DNA of 64,000 nucleotides from Batkoa obscura (Eukaryota): NCBI GenBank assembly GCA_030770535.1, contig JASVEC010000018.1, positions 310,001 to 374,000 of the forward strand, read 5' to 3'. Shown piece by piece: positions 23,767 to 36,268 of this stretch (position 1 is its first letter; each line of letters starts with the position of its first letter). The notes under the pieces were generated by a model. It saw only the letters and a program-made list of their open reading frames with translations, ran no database searches and was not told where the DNA came from. The position numbers and the translations under genes were made by a program.

Positions 23767-24358
23767 TAATAGACTGTTTTTTATCATGTTTCAAAAACTA
23801 TTAATCTCATATTTTTTTAAAAGCAAATTACATTTGTGACACTAAGTTCGATTAAAAAAAGGTAAAAATAAACTATCTATTTGTGTATCTTTATGTATGT
23901 TAAAGCAACTTGGGAAGTGCCTAACTGTTTATTTTGAATAAAATTTTAGATAAAAGTTTTGCTAAAGATTAAGGATTGGCTTTTAAAAAAAAGCAAACAA
24001 AAAATAGTAGCTAAGTTTACTTTGTAGCTTATCGTAACTGATATATATAAGTTAAATTAGATTCCATATTCTAGATTCCATAAGCTATTGAAATTATCTT
24101 TATATTCCAAAACTTTAAATCCTTGCTTAAAGATATAAAACTGCACTTGAAATTTATAAATTGTTAACTGCCTTTGGACTTTTGAATAATTATTTCATTA
24201 CTTTCATTCATACCCTTGAGATCGACTTTTGATTTTATAATTACAGATCCGTGATCTTTTAATGAGATTTCTGAATATGTTATAATTTCAAGTTTTTTTA
24301 AAAAATAGATAGAGATTACTCTAAACCCCAATTATATTTAAAAAAGGGTGAAATAACA

Positions 24359-24452
24359 TGGGGGTGTTTTTCTAGCTTCATCACTTTTTCCGTTTTTGAG
24401 CACTATTTGAGTAAAAAGATTCTTAGAAAAATTCTTAAACAAAAACACATCA
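24359..24452 (-). mobile_element. ~100-bp MITE family copy
   Basis: Matches consensus; one end degraded. Confidence 0.75.
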
Positions 24453-25300
24453 TATAGTTTAAATAGTCTATTTAATATTACGGCTTAGGTGTAATTCATG
24501 AAAATTGTATCAAGTACGATGGCTACCATGTCAAAATCATAACAACAATACATAGGCTAGATATATAAACTAAGTGTTATATTTGGATATATACCGTTTA
24601 TTTATATTTATAACCTGCTTAATTACTTTCTATATTTACCCAGATTAGTTATTAAAGTAATATAAATAAATTAGTAAAATTTAGTAAAAAAGATATGTTG
24701 AAAAAGTATAAAAAGATAACGAAAATTATGTAACTTTGCCTTACTTCCCCATACTATTTTCATTATTTATAGCACACATTTTAATCAAGGTTAAGATGAG
24801 TTGCCTAACTGGTTACATCTAAGGTTCTTATTACCTAATTTTCAAATATTATTATTTTTTAAATACTTATATATGCTATACACGGGATACATACAGTATA
24901 ATAGAAAATCAAATTAGGATATCATAAAAATACATTTTTTTGAAGATATAGAAAAATCCCTTTATTTAATAAGCTAAATTAGATTTATTAAATTAACTAA
25001 TTTAATTGGTATTCTATAAAACTCGATTTATTTTAAATTTAAAAAATTCAAATATATTTAAAAATATTTTGTTGTGTGGATAGGTAAAGAATGTTAGCTG
25101 GGTTAAATATAAATGGTAGCTATTTTAACTACCCAAAAATAAAATAAACGAATAACTAAAACATTTGAAGTTTACATTTTTAGCTAACCAATTTTTAATT
25201 AATTATAAATAATGTAAATAACCTCTTCGTAAAATTTTAAGTAGGTGTATTTATAACTTATCTCTTATAATAATTTGTTAATATCTTTTCATTCATCAAA

Positions 25301-26083
25301 ATGGTCTATAATTATTTTCAAAGCACTCATGTACCCTACATTATGTCTCTTTCGTGTGTCTCAAATACTGGTGATACTGCTACTGTGAAGCTACTCTCTG
25401 AATCAACGTTACATTTACTTCACTTAAAATTGACAAGTATTTTTAACTTGGAACGTGGAGATGACCATTCTTTCACATCGCTGGATAGAAATGATAGATT
25501 GAATATTATTTATAAGGATTTAATCTCACCAGAACATTATGATGGTTATTTATTAAAAATAACAAATGGTATATTCTATGAGTTTGAACATCCTCATTGT
25601 ACTTTTATAAATCAACCAACTTTTGATAATAAAATAACTCAACTTAGGGAGGAAAGCGACTGGACACTCATTAGTTTACTGTCTGAGGAAGGATTGGAAT
25701 TAAGACATAACTCCAAGAATAAGTCTATTAATATAAAGCTTCAATGTATCAGAAGGATGCAACCTGATGATAATCTTGATTTGTCTTTATTCGAGCGACA
25801 ATATATAGATATATACAGTGAAAGTAGACAAAAATTAAGGACTGATAATTTGAATTATTCATGTAATTTGGATAATTATGAGGGATTAAATAGTTATTTA
25901 ATAGCTCCTAATTTTAATCAAATTGATGAAAGTTATATTACTAAATTAACATTTATTGCACACGAGATGGTGGAAAACGAAAAATTTCGCTTTAAGCAAA
26001 CTAAAAAAAACAGCAACTTTGATTGTACTTGGATAGAGTCGACTGGTGAAACGTGTGCATTTTGCACTGAAGGTTTTTTGTAG
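25301..26083 (+). CDS. Hypothetical protein, paralog of 20603..21484
   Basis: TLHLLHLKLTSIFNL..DDHSF; SPEHYDGYL; C-terminus CTWIESTGETCAFCTEGFL. Confidence 0.7.
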   Translation: MVYNYFQSTHVPYIMSLSCVSNTGDTATVKLLSESTLHLLHLKLTSIFNLERGDDHSFTSLDRNDRLNIIYKDLISPEHYDGYLLKITNGIFYEFEHPHCTFINQPTFDNKITQLREESDWTLISLLSEEGLELRHNSKNKSINIKLQCIRRMQPDDNLDLSLFERQYIDIYSESRQKLRTDNLNYSCNLDNYEGLNSYLIAPNFNQIDESYITKLTFIAHEMVENEKFRFKQTKKNSNFDCTWIESTGETCAFCTEGFL

Positions 26084-26283
26084 TTTTTCATTTTTATATT
26101 TCATAATTCTCATTTTTTCATAAAAAATATTAGAGGAGCTATTTATCCAATGTGTTTGTCAAATAATAAAATAACTTTTTAAAACTTTTAGTATGTTTAT
26201 TATGTTTTAATAAAAAATCAAAACTAAACCAATCTTCATTTTTTATGGTTTTTATTAAAAAAGCTATTTTAAGAGAATATAAA

Positions 26284-26355
26284 AGCATCTTGGCGCAGAG
26301 GAAGCGCGCGGGGCTCATAACCCCGAGGTCGAAGGATCGAAACCTTCAGATGCTA
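26284..26355 (+). tRNA. Initiator tRNA-Met (CAT)
   Basis: Cloverleaf AGCATCT/AGATGCT with an A1:U72 pair, anticodon stem CGGGG-CTCATAA-CCCCG and T-loop ATCGAAA, diagnostic of eukaryotic initiator tRNA. Confidence 0.97.
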
Positions 26356-26475
26356 TTATATCTTTTATTTTTATGAACGAGGGGTTAGTTTAGTTCTTTT
26401 TAATAGTAATGTTATTTACTGAAAAAAGCTTAATAATAAAAATATAGTAATGGCTACTAAGTTTATTTTTAAAGG

Positions 26476-26705
26476 TTAGTAATTATATAGGCTGTTAATA
26501 TCAATCAACTGCTAAAGGTACATTTGCTATCTAAAGGATGTCATAACAATCTCATTCTCTATTGTTCTAAGTCTAGCATCTTGGGCAGCTATAGCTGCCA
26601 TAACAATAAACACCACTACTACCTTTCCTGCATTGTTCAGTGTTCAGATTGGGACATAAGGATGTCACAAACAGAAAGATGGAAGATAAAGTATTGATTA
26701 ATCAA
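26476..26705 (-). pseudogene. Pseudogene of the Cys-rich secreted peptide at 30492..30734
   Basis: Aligns along its length (YCYGSYSCPRC*T*NN...), with TGG>TAG stops, indels and no start codon. Confidence 0.8.
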
Positions 26706-27316
26706 CCAATAAGTTTATTATTTAGAATGATTTTAAAAAACAGTCATTTTCAAGTATTATATATACTGCTAATGTTAAGTCATCTTAACTTAGTTACCTT
26801 AAATTCCATAATAGCCTAAAATAAATGCGATAAAAGAGGCAACATTCATAAATTAATTTTATTTTAAAGCAATTTAATTTGTATATAAAATCAAAATTTT
26901 AATTGCATATTGTTCATTTTATTTGAAACAATAATTTACAACTATTATAAGCTCTCCTATGACTTAATTAACTACTCATTTAAGAAAAAAATTGCCATTA
27001 AAACTAAGCTAAAATATAAGAATCATGTTAAAAAAGTTAGTCATATAAATTGATTTGATCATAAAAATTGTTACTAAAAAGTCACAAAAGAGTTATAACA
27101 ACTGCAAACCGCAAATTAAATCTAAGGTTAAGATTTTATACTGGGTGAAACTTAAATAGCCAGAAATTAAATTGCTATAAAAATAAAGTTGCAAAATTGC
27201 CATTTTCAAGGAGGCGATTTTTAATTGTGGTAGTTTTACCATAGCCTTAATGAAATATATTACAGCTGTTAAGGCCCAAATATTTAGTTTCTCATAAAAT
27301 CTCTTCAGTTGCCATT

Positions 27317-27416
27317 TGGGGATATATTTTTGTATCTAACAATTTTACTAACAATTTTTTTACTAAAATAGCGCTTAAAAGATGGAAAAAGTAATGAAGT
27401 CAAAAAAAACACCCTA
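27317..27416 (+). mobile_element. ~100-bp MITE family copy
   Basis: Matches consensus; inverted relative to the next copy. Confidence 0.8.
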
Positions 27417-27443
27417 TTTGTTTTCTAGTTTTTTTAAAACATA

Positions 27444-27542
27444 TGGGAGTGTTTTTTTTGGCTTCATTACTTTTTCCATTTTTAAACACTATTTGAGTGG
27501 AAAAATTGTTAGTAAATTCTTAAACATAAAAATACATCTCCA
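27444..27542 (-). mobile_element. ~100-bp MITE family copy
   Basis: Matches consensus. Confidence 0.8.
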
Positions 27543-28160
27543 AATAGTATTTTGCAAAAATTGATTTTTTGCTTGTTTAAAAAACATACATCAACAGAAA
27601 TAAAGATAATCAAGTGCTGAGAACAATATATCAGTAGTATATTAAACTTAGTTGTAACTCATTTGTAATTACATTTACTTTAAAAATGGCTTTCATTTAT
27701 ATTGAATTTTATGATTCAACAATCTATAAAAATTTTAGTATAGCTATTAACATAATGCTATCTGCATAAATACTTGTTAATAATTTAAATTTAAATGTTT
27801 CAGATTGATCATAGAAAATAGCTTAAGGAGTTTCAATCATAAAGCAGCAAGTTTATTGCATTATAAGTCTATTTTATTAACCAAATGAAACACTCATTTT
27901 ATCAATATATCATTATCTTAGTGATAATAAAACTAGCAACATATATTGCCTACACCTTTCAAACCAAATACGTTCTCCTTGAAATTAGAATATTAACTTC
28001 AATTTAGATTGCTGTTTTAATTTTTATTAACTTCAAATAATCTAGATTAAATAAGATAAAGTAGAAAAATAGGGTTAATTAAGGTGATGTGGTGTAGTAA
28101 AAAAAATGAAAATAAAACTATAAATAAGGATAAAATGATTGTAGTTAAAATAAATTTCAA

Positions 28161-30131
28161 ATGTTAAATACGTATACTATTGTGAGTTATTTAGCAACAG
28201 TTACTTTGTCTTTTTGGATTTATAAGGTATATTAGTCAGTAAATAAATCTAAAAATTAAATAACATATAGGTTATCAATGCCATCTTTTTTCATCCATTG
28301 AAAAATGTTCCAGGACCTTTAATTTATCAGTTCTTTCCGCTTATTTTTATGGTAGATAGAATCACTGGAGGCTATCATATTACTTCCTTGAAACTACATA
28401 AAAAATATGGCAAGGCAGTAAGAACAGGTAATTTTTATACCGATTGAATAAAAAATAGCAACTAATAGCCGTATTCAACTTTTAGGCTGGAATTCAGTAT
28501 CATTTTCGTCAAAAGAGGCAACTAAGATTATTTATTCTACTTATACCTTTAGAAAAAGTATAGTTTATGAAGGCTTTCACGTTTCTGGGGAAACCACTTT
28601 AGTAACTAGGTATTCTATTATTGTCATTTACTCATAATTAGCTAAGTTATTCTATAGGGATCGTGACTTTCATAGAAAAAGAGTAAAAAAACAATTAACT
28701 ATAGAATGAGTATTTATTTTATTATGTATTTATTAGAAAAGAATCGTTGGTCCAAGTTATTCCGAGAGTTCCATAGCTTCTTTAGAAGCTTTATTTAACG
28801 AAAAAGGGGTACAAAAACTTATCGAAAAGATTAAAGGGTATAGTTCACCAAACCAGAGCATCGATTTGGAAGTTGTCTTTCATTGTCTAACTCTGGTATG
28901 ATTTGATGTTATTTTTAATGTCACGAAGCTAGTCAAAGCTAAAGTTCAATTCATAGGATATCATTGGTGAATTAGCTTTTGGTAGATCCTTTAATATGAT
29001 TGATAATGGCTTTCATCCGGTTTTAGGTTGGATTAAAGATTACTTATTTTATTCAGCATTGGTAATTACATACTGTATAAATATAACAAGAATATACTTA
29101 AAATTTAGAGAGGCTCATTGACGTTCTTGCGATCTTATGTTGATTCGGGCACCAAGCATCTATATGAAGTAAGTGTTAATATAAAAGTGGTTCTATATTG
29201 TAACTAAAATAAAAATAGTTTGCCTACGAATCAATTGATAGTGCCAAAACACATAAGAACCGTAATACTATTTTGGAGTCCTTTTTAAACGCTGTAGATC
29301 CAGAAACTGGAGTTAAGTTAACGAGCAAAGAAGTAGCCGAAGAAAGCATGCTACAAATGTAATTTCTATAAGTAATTTATTCGAATTTCATTAAATTTTA
29401 AAGATTCGCTGGTACCGATACTACTGCAAACGCCTTAATATGGTAGGAAGACAATATCAATATGAACTATGATTAACCTCTTTTAGGACATTTTATTTGT
29501 TGTTAAAGAACCCTGATAAATACAACAAATTAAATGATGAGATTCTGAAAGTATTTCCAGATAAGAATAGTATCACCTATAAAGATTGTAAGAAAAAATG
29601 CCAATATTTGAATGCTGCAATCAATGAAAGTATGCGTATTTTTCCTTCAGTTGCAGGTACCTTAACAAGAGATACACCAAAAGGCGGAAAAATCATCGAA
29701 GGACACTTTATCCCAGAAGGAGTAAATAAGTCATCAAAATTCAACTCTAAAATTTTAAAAATTATATAGACAATAGTAGGAACTAGCACATATGCAATGC
29801 ATAATTTAGAAGAGCATTTTGAAAATCCAGATTTTTACTTACCTGAAAGGTGGTTAAATGCAAAAGATGATTTTAAAGAAAACTTTATCCCTTTTTCAAT
29901 TGGCCCAAGAGCTTGCTTGGGCAGAACGTAATTTAATTTAGTATTTTCCATTTCATAACTTAAATGTTATTTAGTTTAGCTATGATGGTATTGACTTTGA
30001 CTACTGCGTCATTGATACGTAACTTTGAGTTTAGTTTAGTTGATGAAAAATTAGTTTTAAACTCAAGCTATCATATAGTATTAAAGCCTTATAATGGCAA
30101 ATTATTGGTATGCTCTAAAATTAGAGAATAA
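28161..30131 (+). CDS. Cytochrome P450, ~12 exons
   Basis: PLKNVPGP, FAGTDTT (I helix), NESMR (ExxR), PERW and FSIGPRACLG (heme Cys); 11 short GT-AG introns reconstructed by eye. Confidence 0.92.
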
Positions 30132-30491
30132 ATATCATTAAAGTATATAATATTTTATAGTATTGTTTATCATTTTTTAAGAGATTTATTAGTTTGAAGT
30201 AGTTATCCTAGGACTTTAAAGTCCTTCATTTAACTAAATTAAGCTTTTTAGAAAACACAACACAAAAGCATTAAAATGTGAATAAATCCAAAAAGCATAG
30301 TTTTAGTTTGTTTTTGTGTTTTAAATCAATTTAGAACCTTAAAATGTCAAAAATGAGACTACGCTTACATTGAAAATAGTTACTTGGTTTGAAGTATGAT
30401 TATGTAAATGCTTCACATAAATATTTACTTTGAAATGAAAGATATACTAAAGAGATACATTCTTATAAGTTATTTATTCATAAATAAAAAG

Positions 30492-30734
30492 TTAACAGTT
30501 GTTTGGGTTATAAATATCGATCCAACTACTAAAGGTACATTTACCGTTTGAGAGAATGTCATAGCAATCCCATTTTCCATTGTTCCAAGTCCAGCATCTT
30601 GGGCAACTATAGCCATCGTAGCAAAAGTTCCCGCCATTTCCTCTATCACATCGCTCATTATTTGGATCTGGACAACGTGACACTACAAAGGGAAGGATAA
30701 AAGATAAAGCAAAGATTGATTGAGTGAATTTCAT
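30492..30734 (-). CDS. Small secreted cysteine-rich peptide (80 aa, 8 Cys)
   Basis: Signal peptide MKFTQSIFALSFILPFVVS; mature part rich in C/N/G/W; a decayed paralog exists at 26476..26705. Confidence 0.8.
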   Translation of the reverse strand: MKFTQSIFALSFILPFVVSRCPDPNNERCDRGNGGNFCYDGYSCPRCWTWNNGKWDCYDILSNGKCTFSSWIDIYNPNNC

Positions 30735-31599
30735 ATCTATTTAACTTGATTTTAATAAAATATAAATGATTATCTCTACAGTATTTATACTATTTTATTA
30801 TCTTTTAAGTTATATAACATTTTTAAGTGATGTTTATTGTATCATATTTATAAAAAGAATATATTTATTATTATTATTAAACAAAGTTATTTTTAACATG
30901 ATATTCTAATAGTATTTCAGCTATTAGACTTACGTAGATGGAATATTATCAATTAATTTGTTTATTTTGTGCTAAATTTTACTAATTTTAATTTTAAATT
31001 TAAACAAGCATACTCTTTTGTTGTTATTTTTAAAATGCATAATTAATTTAGAATTTGTTTTAACTATAATTACTTTTTTCTTTATATTTGAAATCTTCAA
31101 GTAAACCGATCGTAGAAGATAGATTAGATCGGAGAGTTATGAAGATCTGCACATTCTCTCATGTATTGTAAGAAGAAACAAAAGTAATTTCGATTGTCCC
31201 TATTAGAAAACACATTGAATGGCTATTAACATAGCCATTAGTCTAATCTTATTGGTCAAAGCATATTTTATTAAAATAGAATAGGCTTTATTTAAAGCTG
31301 CTTTTTTTATTGTGGGTTTAATATCAACAAATCCTTTTGACATATTCTATTTTTATTCTATCTATCCATTTAATATGCACCTATTAGTAGGCCTTCAATA
31401 AGAAATTCAAAGGAATTAGACAATTTTTTAAATCAATTTTCATGTGGATTAAGTTTTAAGTAATTTTACTTATTAGCTGCCATTAAAGATATAAATAACT
31501 GTATTTCTAATTTTAAATCAGTCAATTTATCATTTAGTTTTCTATCAATGCTGTACGAGATTTGTGCTATTTATAAAATTAAATTTTATAATTTTTTTA

Positions 31600-32100
31600 T
31601 ACATGGATACTTGGACTCAAATATTTATGTTGCTTCTTGCTATATTCAGCCTTTTTAAAATACTGCTTATCTTTCTGGTGAATTTATAACCAGTGCTGGA
31701 TTATAAATAACTCATGCTAAGTATAATAAAATTACTGTTAATGAAACTATCAATTAAGGCATTGACAATTCCTTGTTATTTTACTACCTGGTTTCTTATT
31801 ATAGCCCTTTTACAGTTTCACTGTTTTCTTTCTAAGCTTAAGCTGGGAAGATAGAAACCAAAATCCTTTGCTTCTTTTCAGAATAAATCTTTAATTTTAT
31901 CTATCACCATGTTTTTATTAAAATAAAATCCTTAAGTTTTAAGACCTTTCAAGGTATTATACATATATATTACCTCCTTAATAGACTCTTTAATAATCAT
32001 CTATTATGTTATACCATTCTTACTGGGGTGTTCATAGCTTTGGTTTTCAGGACAGAGTCGAAACTATAATATCAATCCATTACTTCATTTAAGTACCATT
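31600..32100 (-). mobile_element. Possible decayed LTR-retrotransposon gag/protease relic
   Basis: Minus-strand QGIVNALIDSFINSNFII near 31715..31775 resembles the ALIDSGAxxNFI retropepsin motif; surrounding frames are broken. Confidence 0.3.
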
Positions 32101-32810
32101 TCTAACTTAACATACAAACTCTATACTAATAAGTACATATATTCATAAATTTCTTATAGATTAGTAGTAGCTGTGAACTAAAAAGACAAATATTACAAAA
32201 TATGAAAGTAAACATTATGATTTTTTGTTTTTAGAATATTTTTATTTAAAAATATCTTACACGTTTAATGACCATACCTTGTAAAAACCAAAGCATGGCC
32301 TCAGAGGTGTAACGTTTGCTCGAGGCGTTGTTTAAAAAGCCTACAATCATTGTCTAATTGGTACTAGAGTACAACCCATGATGAATAGAGATAAGTTGGA
32401 AAAAATAGACTTAATCTATTATGACCAACAAACTTCTAAAGTTCTATTATTGAGATTTCAGTCTATTTAATAAAACCCCGATTTTTTTTTGACATTTTAA
32501 GTTTATGGGATTGAAGTTCAAACTTTAATTAGTTACATAATAATAGAATTGTGTTAAAAATAATATAATCAAAGTTAATAATTTCTTAAAGGCTATTTAT
32601 AGCCTTTGAAATAACATTTAACTGTAATTTATTTAACAACATAAATATTAAACTATTAAATTATTTATCATAGACAGGCTAATTTACAAAAGTATACTAA
32701 GTTTGAAGACCTGTTTTTTCACATCACTTATTTTAATTGGACCAAATGTTTAGGATTTAGATAAAAGCTATAAAATGAAAACATCATTTTTTTAAAAAAA
32801 TTAATATAAA

Positions 32811-33186
32811 ATGTCAAAAGCAACAAACGCAGCTACCGTATTAGGAGGAGGATTTGTATTTTGGTTAGTGGTATTATTGAACTGGGTTCCATTGCCAATA
32901 TCAGAAACTTTTTTAACCAAAGTATGGCCAACAGTAAGTGTTTTTATTTTTAGATGATTAAATTTATCAAAATTAGCTTCCATTTGTAGCATTAGTAGGA
33001 TTCGCTTCTTATTCTTTAGTTAACATTGGCTATAGCTTAATCACATTCCGTGACTGCCCAGAAGCTCATGAAGAATTGATGAAGGTAAACAACTATATTT
33101 TTTATTTAATAAATTAAATACGAATTGAATAGGAAATTGATGTTGCTATCACTGATCTTCGTTCTAAAAACGTTACTGTTGATTAA
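32811..33186 (+). CDS. DPM3: Dolichol-phosphate mannosyltransferase subunit 3, 3 exons
   Basis: Spliced product includes LPFVALVGFASYSLVNIGYSLITFRDCPEAHEELMKEIDVAITDLRSKNV, the DPM3 signature. Confidence 0.9.
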
Positions 33187-33998
33187 ATAAATTTTAAAAG
33201 TATAAAAAGAATGTAAATTTATACAAAGCTCAAGATGCAAATGTATTAAAACATAGTTTGGTAATTTTGTATAGGGATTAATCAGTATAAAGGCTTATTT
33301 TAAATTTAAGTTATAATTACTGACAAATTTTTAGCTGATGCTCTAACCAGGATGGATAAGTTATCAAAGCCCATATTAGGAAAACTTTTATTTCAATTAT
33401 AATAAATAGTCTTAATCAATTTATCACTATCAGTAACTATACATTTAATATTCAATTTTAACTTCGTCAAACGTTATAAATAACAATTAATTATCAACTT
33501 ACATCTAAATTTGTATTTTGATTTAATATTGCAACAATAATGAGACAATTTATGTGCTGTATTTGGTGATATCAGTAAGTAGAGTAGTGAGTTTCCATTT
33601 ATTTTTTACATGTGATATTATTCTGTCTTTAGATGCAATTAAATTTTGTGCATTTGTTTAGGAACTTTGTATATTTAAGTTAAAGAACCTCTATACTTAT
33701 TTTTTAATTCTTAAATGAAACCGTTTGTTATAACCTTAATGTTTCTAAATAAAAACAATTTAAACATCTTATTTTTTATCATAATGAATTATTTGAATAA
33801 CAAACAATCGATGTATTAGGTTAATCCTTTAGAAAGTTGTCTTAGTTATATTTAGACAGAATTAAATCCAAACATAAAGAAGCTTATTAAGCTTTCAAGA
33901 TACTAAAATTTTATTCATTTTAGCTTTAATTATAATTATCAAGTAATGTTTAAATGAAACTTCAAATATAGTATGACCAAAATGACCAAGTATAGATA

Positions 33999-34108
33999 TG
34001 GTGATATATTTTTTGTTTAACAATTTTGCTAACAATTTTGCTAAAAATTTTCTTACTTAAATGATACTTAAAAATGGAAAAAGCAATAAACTAAAAAAAC
34101 ACCCTTAC
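33999..34108 (+). mobile_element. MITE family copy with a small internal duplication
   Basis: aacaattttgct duplicated internally. Confidence 0.7.
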
Positions 34109-34896
34109 ACTGTTTTTATTTTGGTATGAAAAATACAAAAACACATTAACATCAAAGTGTGACAATATAGTCCTTTAAATTTTAGTTTTAAATTAGCTTT
34201 TTATGCTATGAGATTATAATAAACAGTATTATCTTTAGGAATTCCAATATAATTTTAAATTAGTTAGATTATAGTATCACTACAAGTTTGTAAAGATTAC
34301 TCACTAAAACAATGTATATTTGATAAGAAGTCTTTAAAGTACTTGTTAAAAGAATAGTGTTCAAGGTATCAATAAAAGTAAAACCAATCAGAAGAGTGAC
34401 CTATATTCTAACTAAATTAAAAGTTTGATAGTTGTATTATAGCCAAACTATAGCAATTTTATCATCCGCTTTGTTGCATAATTGTGATTTAAATTTATAT
34501 TTAAAATTTTATTTGAAAACTAAAATGTATGAAAAGAGAAATAACTAAAAAGTATAATAGACTAAATTAAAAATTAAACTCCCTGAAAACATAATAGGAT
34601 AGCTACATAGATAAAACCGAAATAAAATAAAAGCAGTGTTTTGTACAAATAAACAAAATTGAATAGCTTTTATTAAAATTTAAACCAATATCAGTCAAGT
34701 CATAAGTATTGGAAAAAAGAATAAAATAAGTATAAAAGTATAAACCCGATATTATGAGTCAAAAATACACAGAGTTAATACAGATAATAAATTATAAAAA
34801 TAATTGAAACTAACTTTAAAAAGTTATAGAATCTTCCAGAACTAAGTTAGAGTAGTATAAAATAACTATATACCAAAACACAAATTGAAAAATAAA

Positions 34897-36268
34897 ATGG
34901 TATTAAATAATGATAATTTAGTATCGGTTGAAGATAAAAAAGAAATGAATAACTCAAAATATAGCTTGGTAATTGTAGCTTGTAGTTTTTTAATGCAAGC
35001 GTGTACCTTTGGTACTACCATAAGCTATGGTGTATTTATAGATTATTATTCCAAAGTAGTGTTTCCTGATAGTGAATATAGTATAATTTCGCTAATTGGA
35101 ATTATAGCGCCCGCCTTAATAGCCTTCACTTCACCATTGGCTGGTAAACTGGCTAATAAAATTGGTTTAAAAAAAGGGATTCTTATTGGTACTACTTTCA
35201 TTACTTTAAGTTATCTTCTAGCTTCGTTCTCGTTTAAGGTAGTTCATTACTATTGTTAGTGTTAAATAATATTTAATTTTATAAATAGGTTTGGCATTTG
35301 TTATTGACCCAAGGAATTATGTTTGGCATTGGCGGTGGATTAGTTTTTGTACCAGCTAATGTAATTGTTAGTCAATGGTTTACTAAAAACCGTGGATTAG
35401 CATTAGGGATAGGTACAGCTGGATCTGGTATTGGGGGTATGGCGTTTAGTGTTTTAAATGGGTATTTATTACCCCAAGTAGGATTTGAATGGACTTTAAG
35501 ATATAATTGTATTATTTTATTTTCCTGTTTAATAGTTTCAATCCTTTTACTTAAAGAAAGGAAGCCTGACAGTGGTAATACTGCAAACAATAATAAGATC
35601 AATATTGTAGCTAAACCTGAGAGCAAAAGGAAAATGCTTTTATCAGGAAAGTTTTTATTATTTTCATTATCAAATTCACTTTTCGTTTCAGCCCATTTTA
35701 TCTCATTATATTATTTGCCACCCTATGCGATATCAATCAATTTAACTAATGAGCAAGGGGCTGCATTAGTAGCTATATTAAGTGCATCGAATGCAGTAGG
35801 AAGGATAATATTTGGTTTTATTGGTGATAAATTTGGTCATCTAAATATATATATCATATCTTTAGCATTAACTAGTATATTAATGATATTATGGCGGTTT
35901 TCATTTAATTATGTAGCTTTAATATTTTTTTCTATTTTATATGGACTTCCTTCTGGTGGATTAGCCACACTATTTCCTTCCTCTTGTGCTGAAGTATTTG
36001 GTATATTTTAATATTACTTTAGTTTTTTAATCACTTATTATACTTATTAGGACTTGAAAATATGGCAGTAGTGATGGGATACGCTTATGCACCTGCCGGA
36101 TTAGCTGAACTGGTGGGTCCACCAATAGCTGGATTAATATATGATTACACTTTGGATTATAGTAATCTTACCTATTATGCAATGGCAATATTCTTAGTGA
36201 GTACTTTTTCATCCTATGCCGTCAAAACGTTTTATTTAAAGAAAAGCACTATAGATAGCATTGCTTAA
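34897..36268 (+). CDS. MFS monocarboxylate-transporter-like (Mch) protein, 3 exons
   Basis: SYGVF, QWFTKNRGLALGIGTAGSGIGG, GRIIFGFIGDKFG, GPPIAG; in-frame introns at 35239..35288 and 36001..36050. Confidence 0.92.

Noticed and set aside
30210..30225. Palindrome aggactttaaagtcct, and small hairpins near 32588 and 36907
   Set aside because: Short palindromes are expected by chance in AT-rich DNA; no supporting context.
32260..32400. GC-richer patch with a gcctc/gaggc hairpin and faint 5S/U4/U6-like words
   Set aside because: Spacing and conserved boxes do not fit any of these RNAs.
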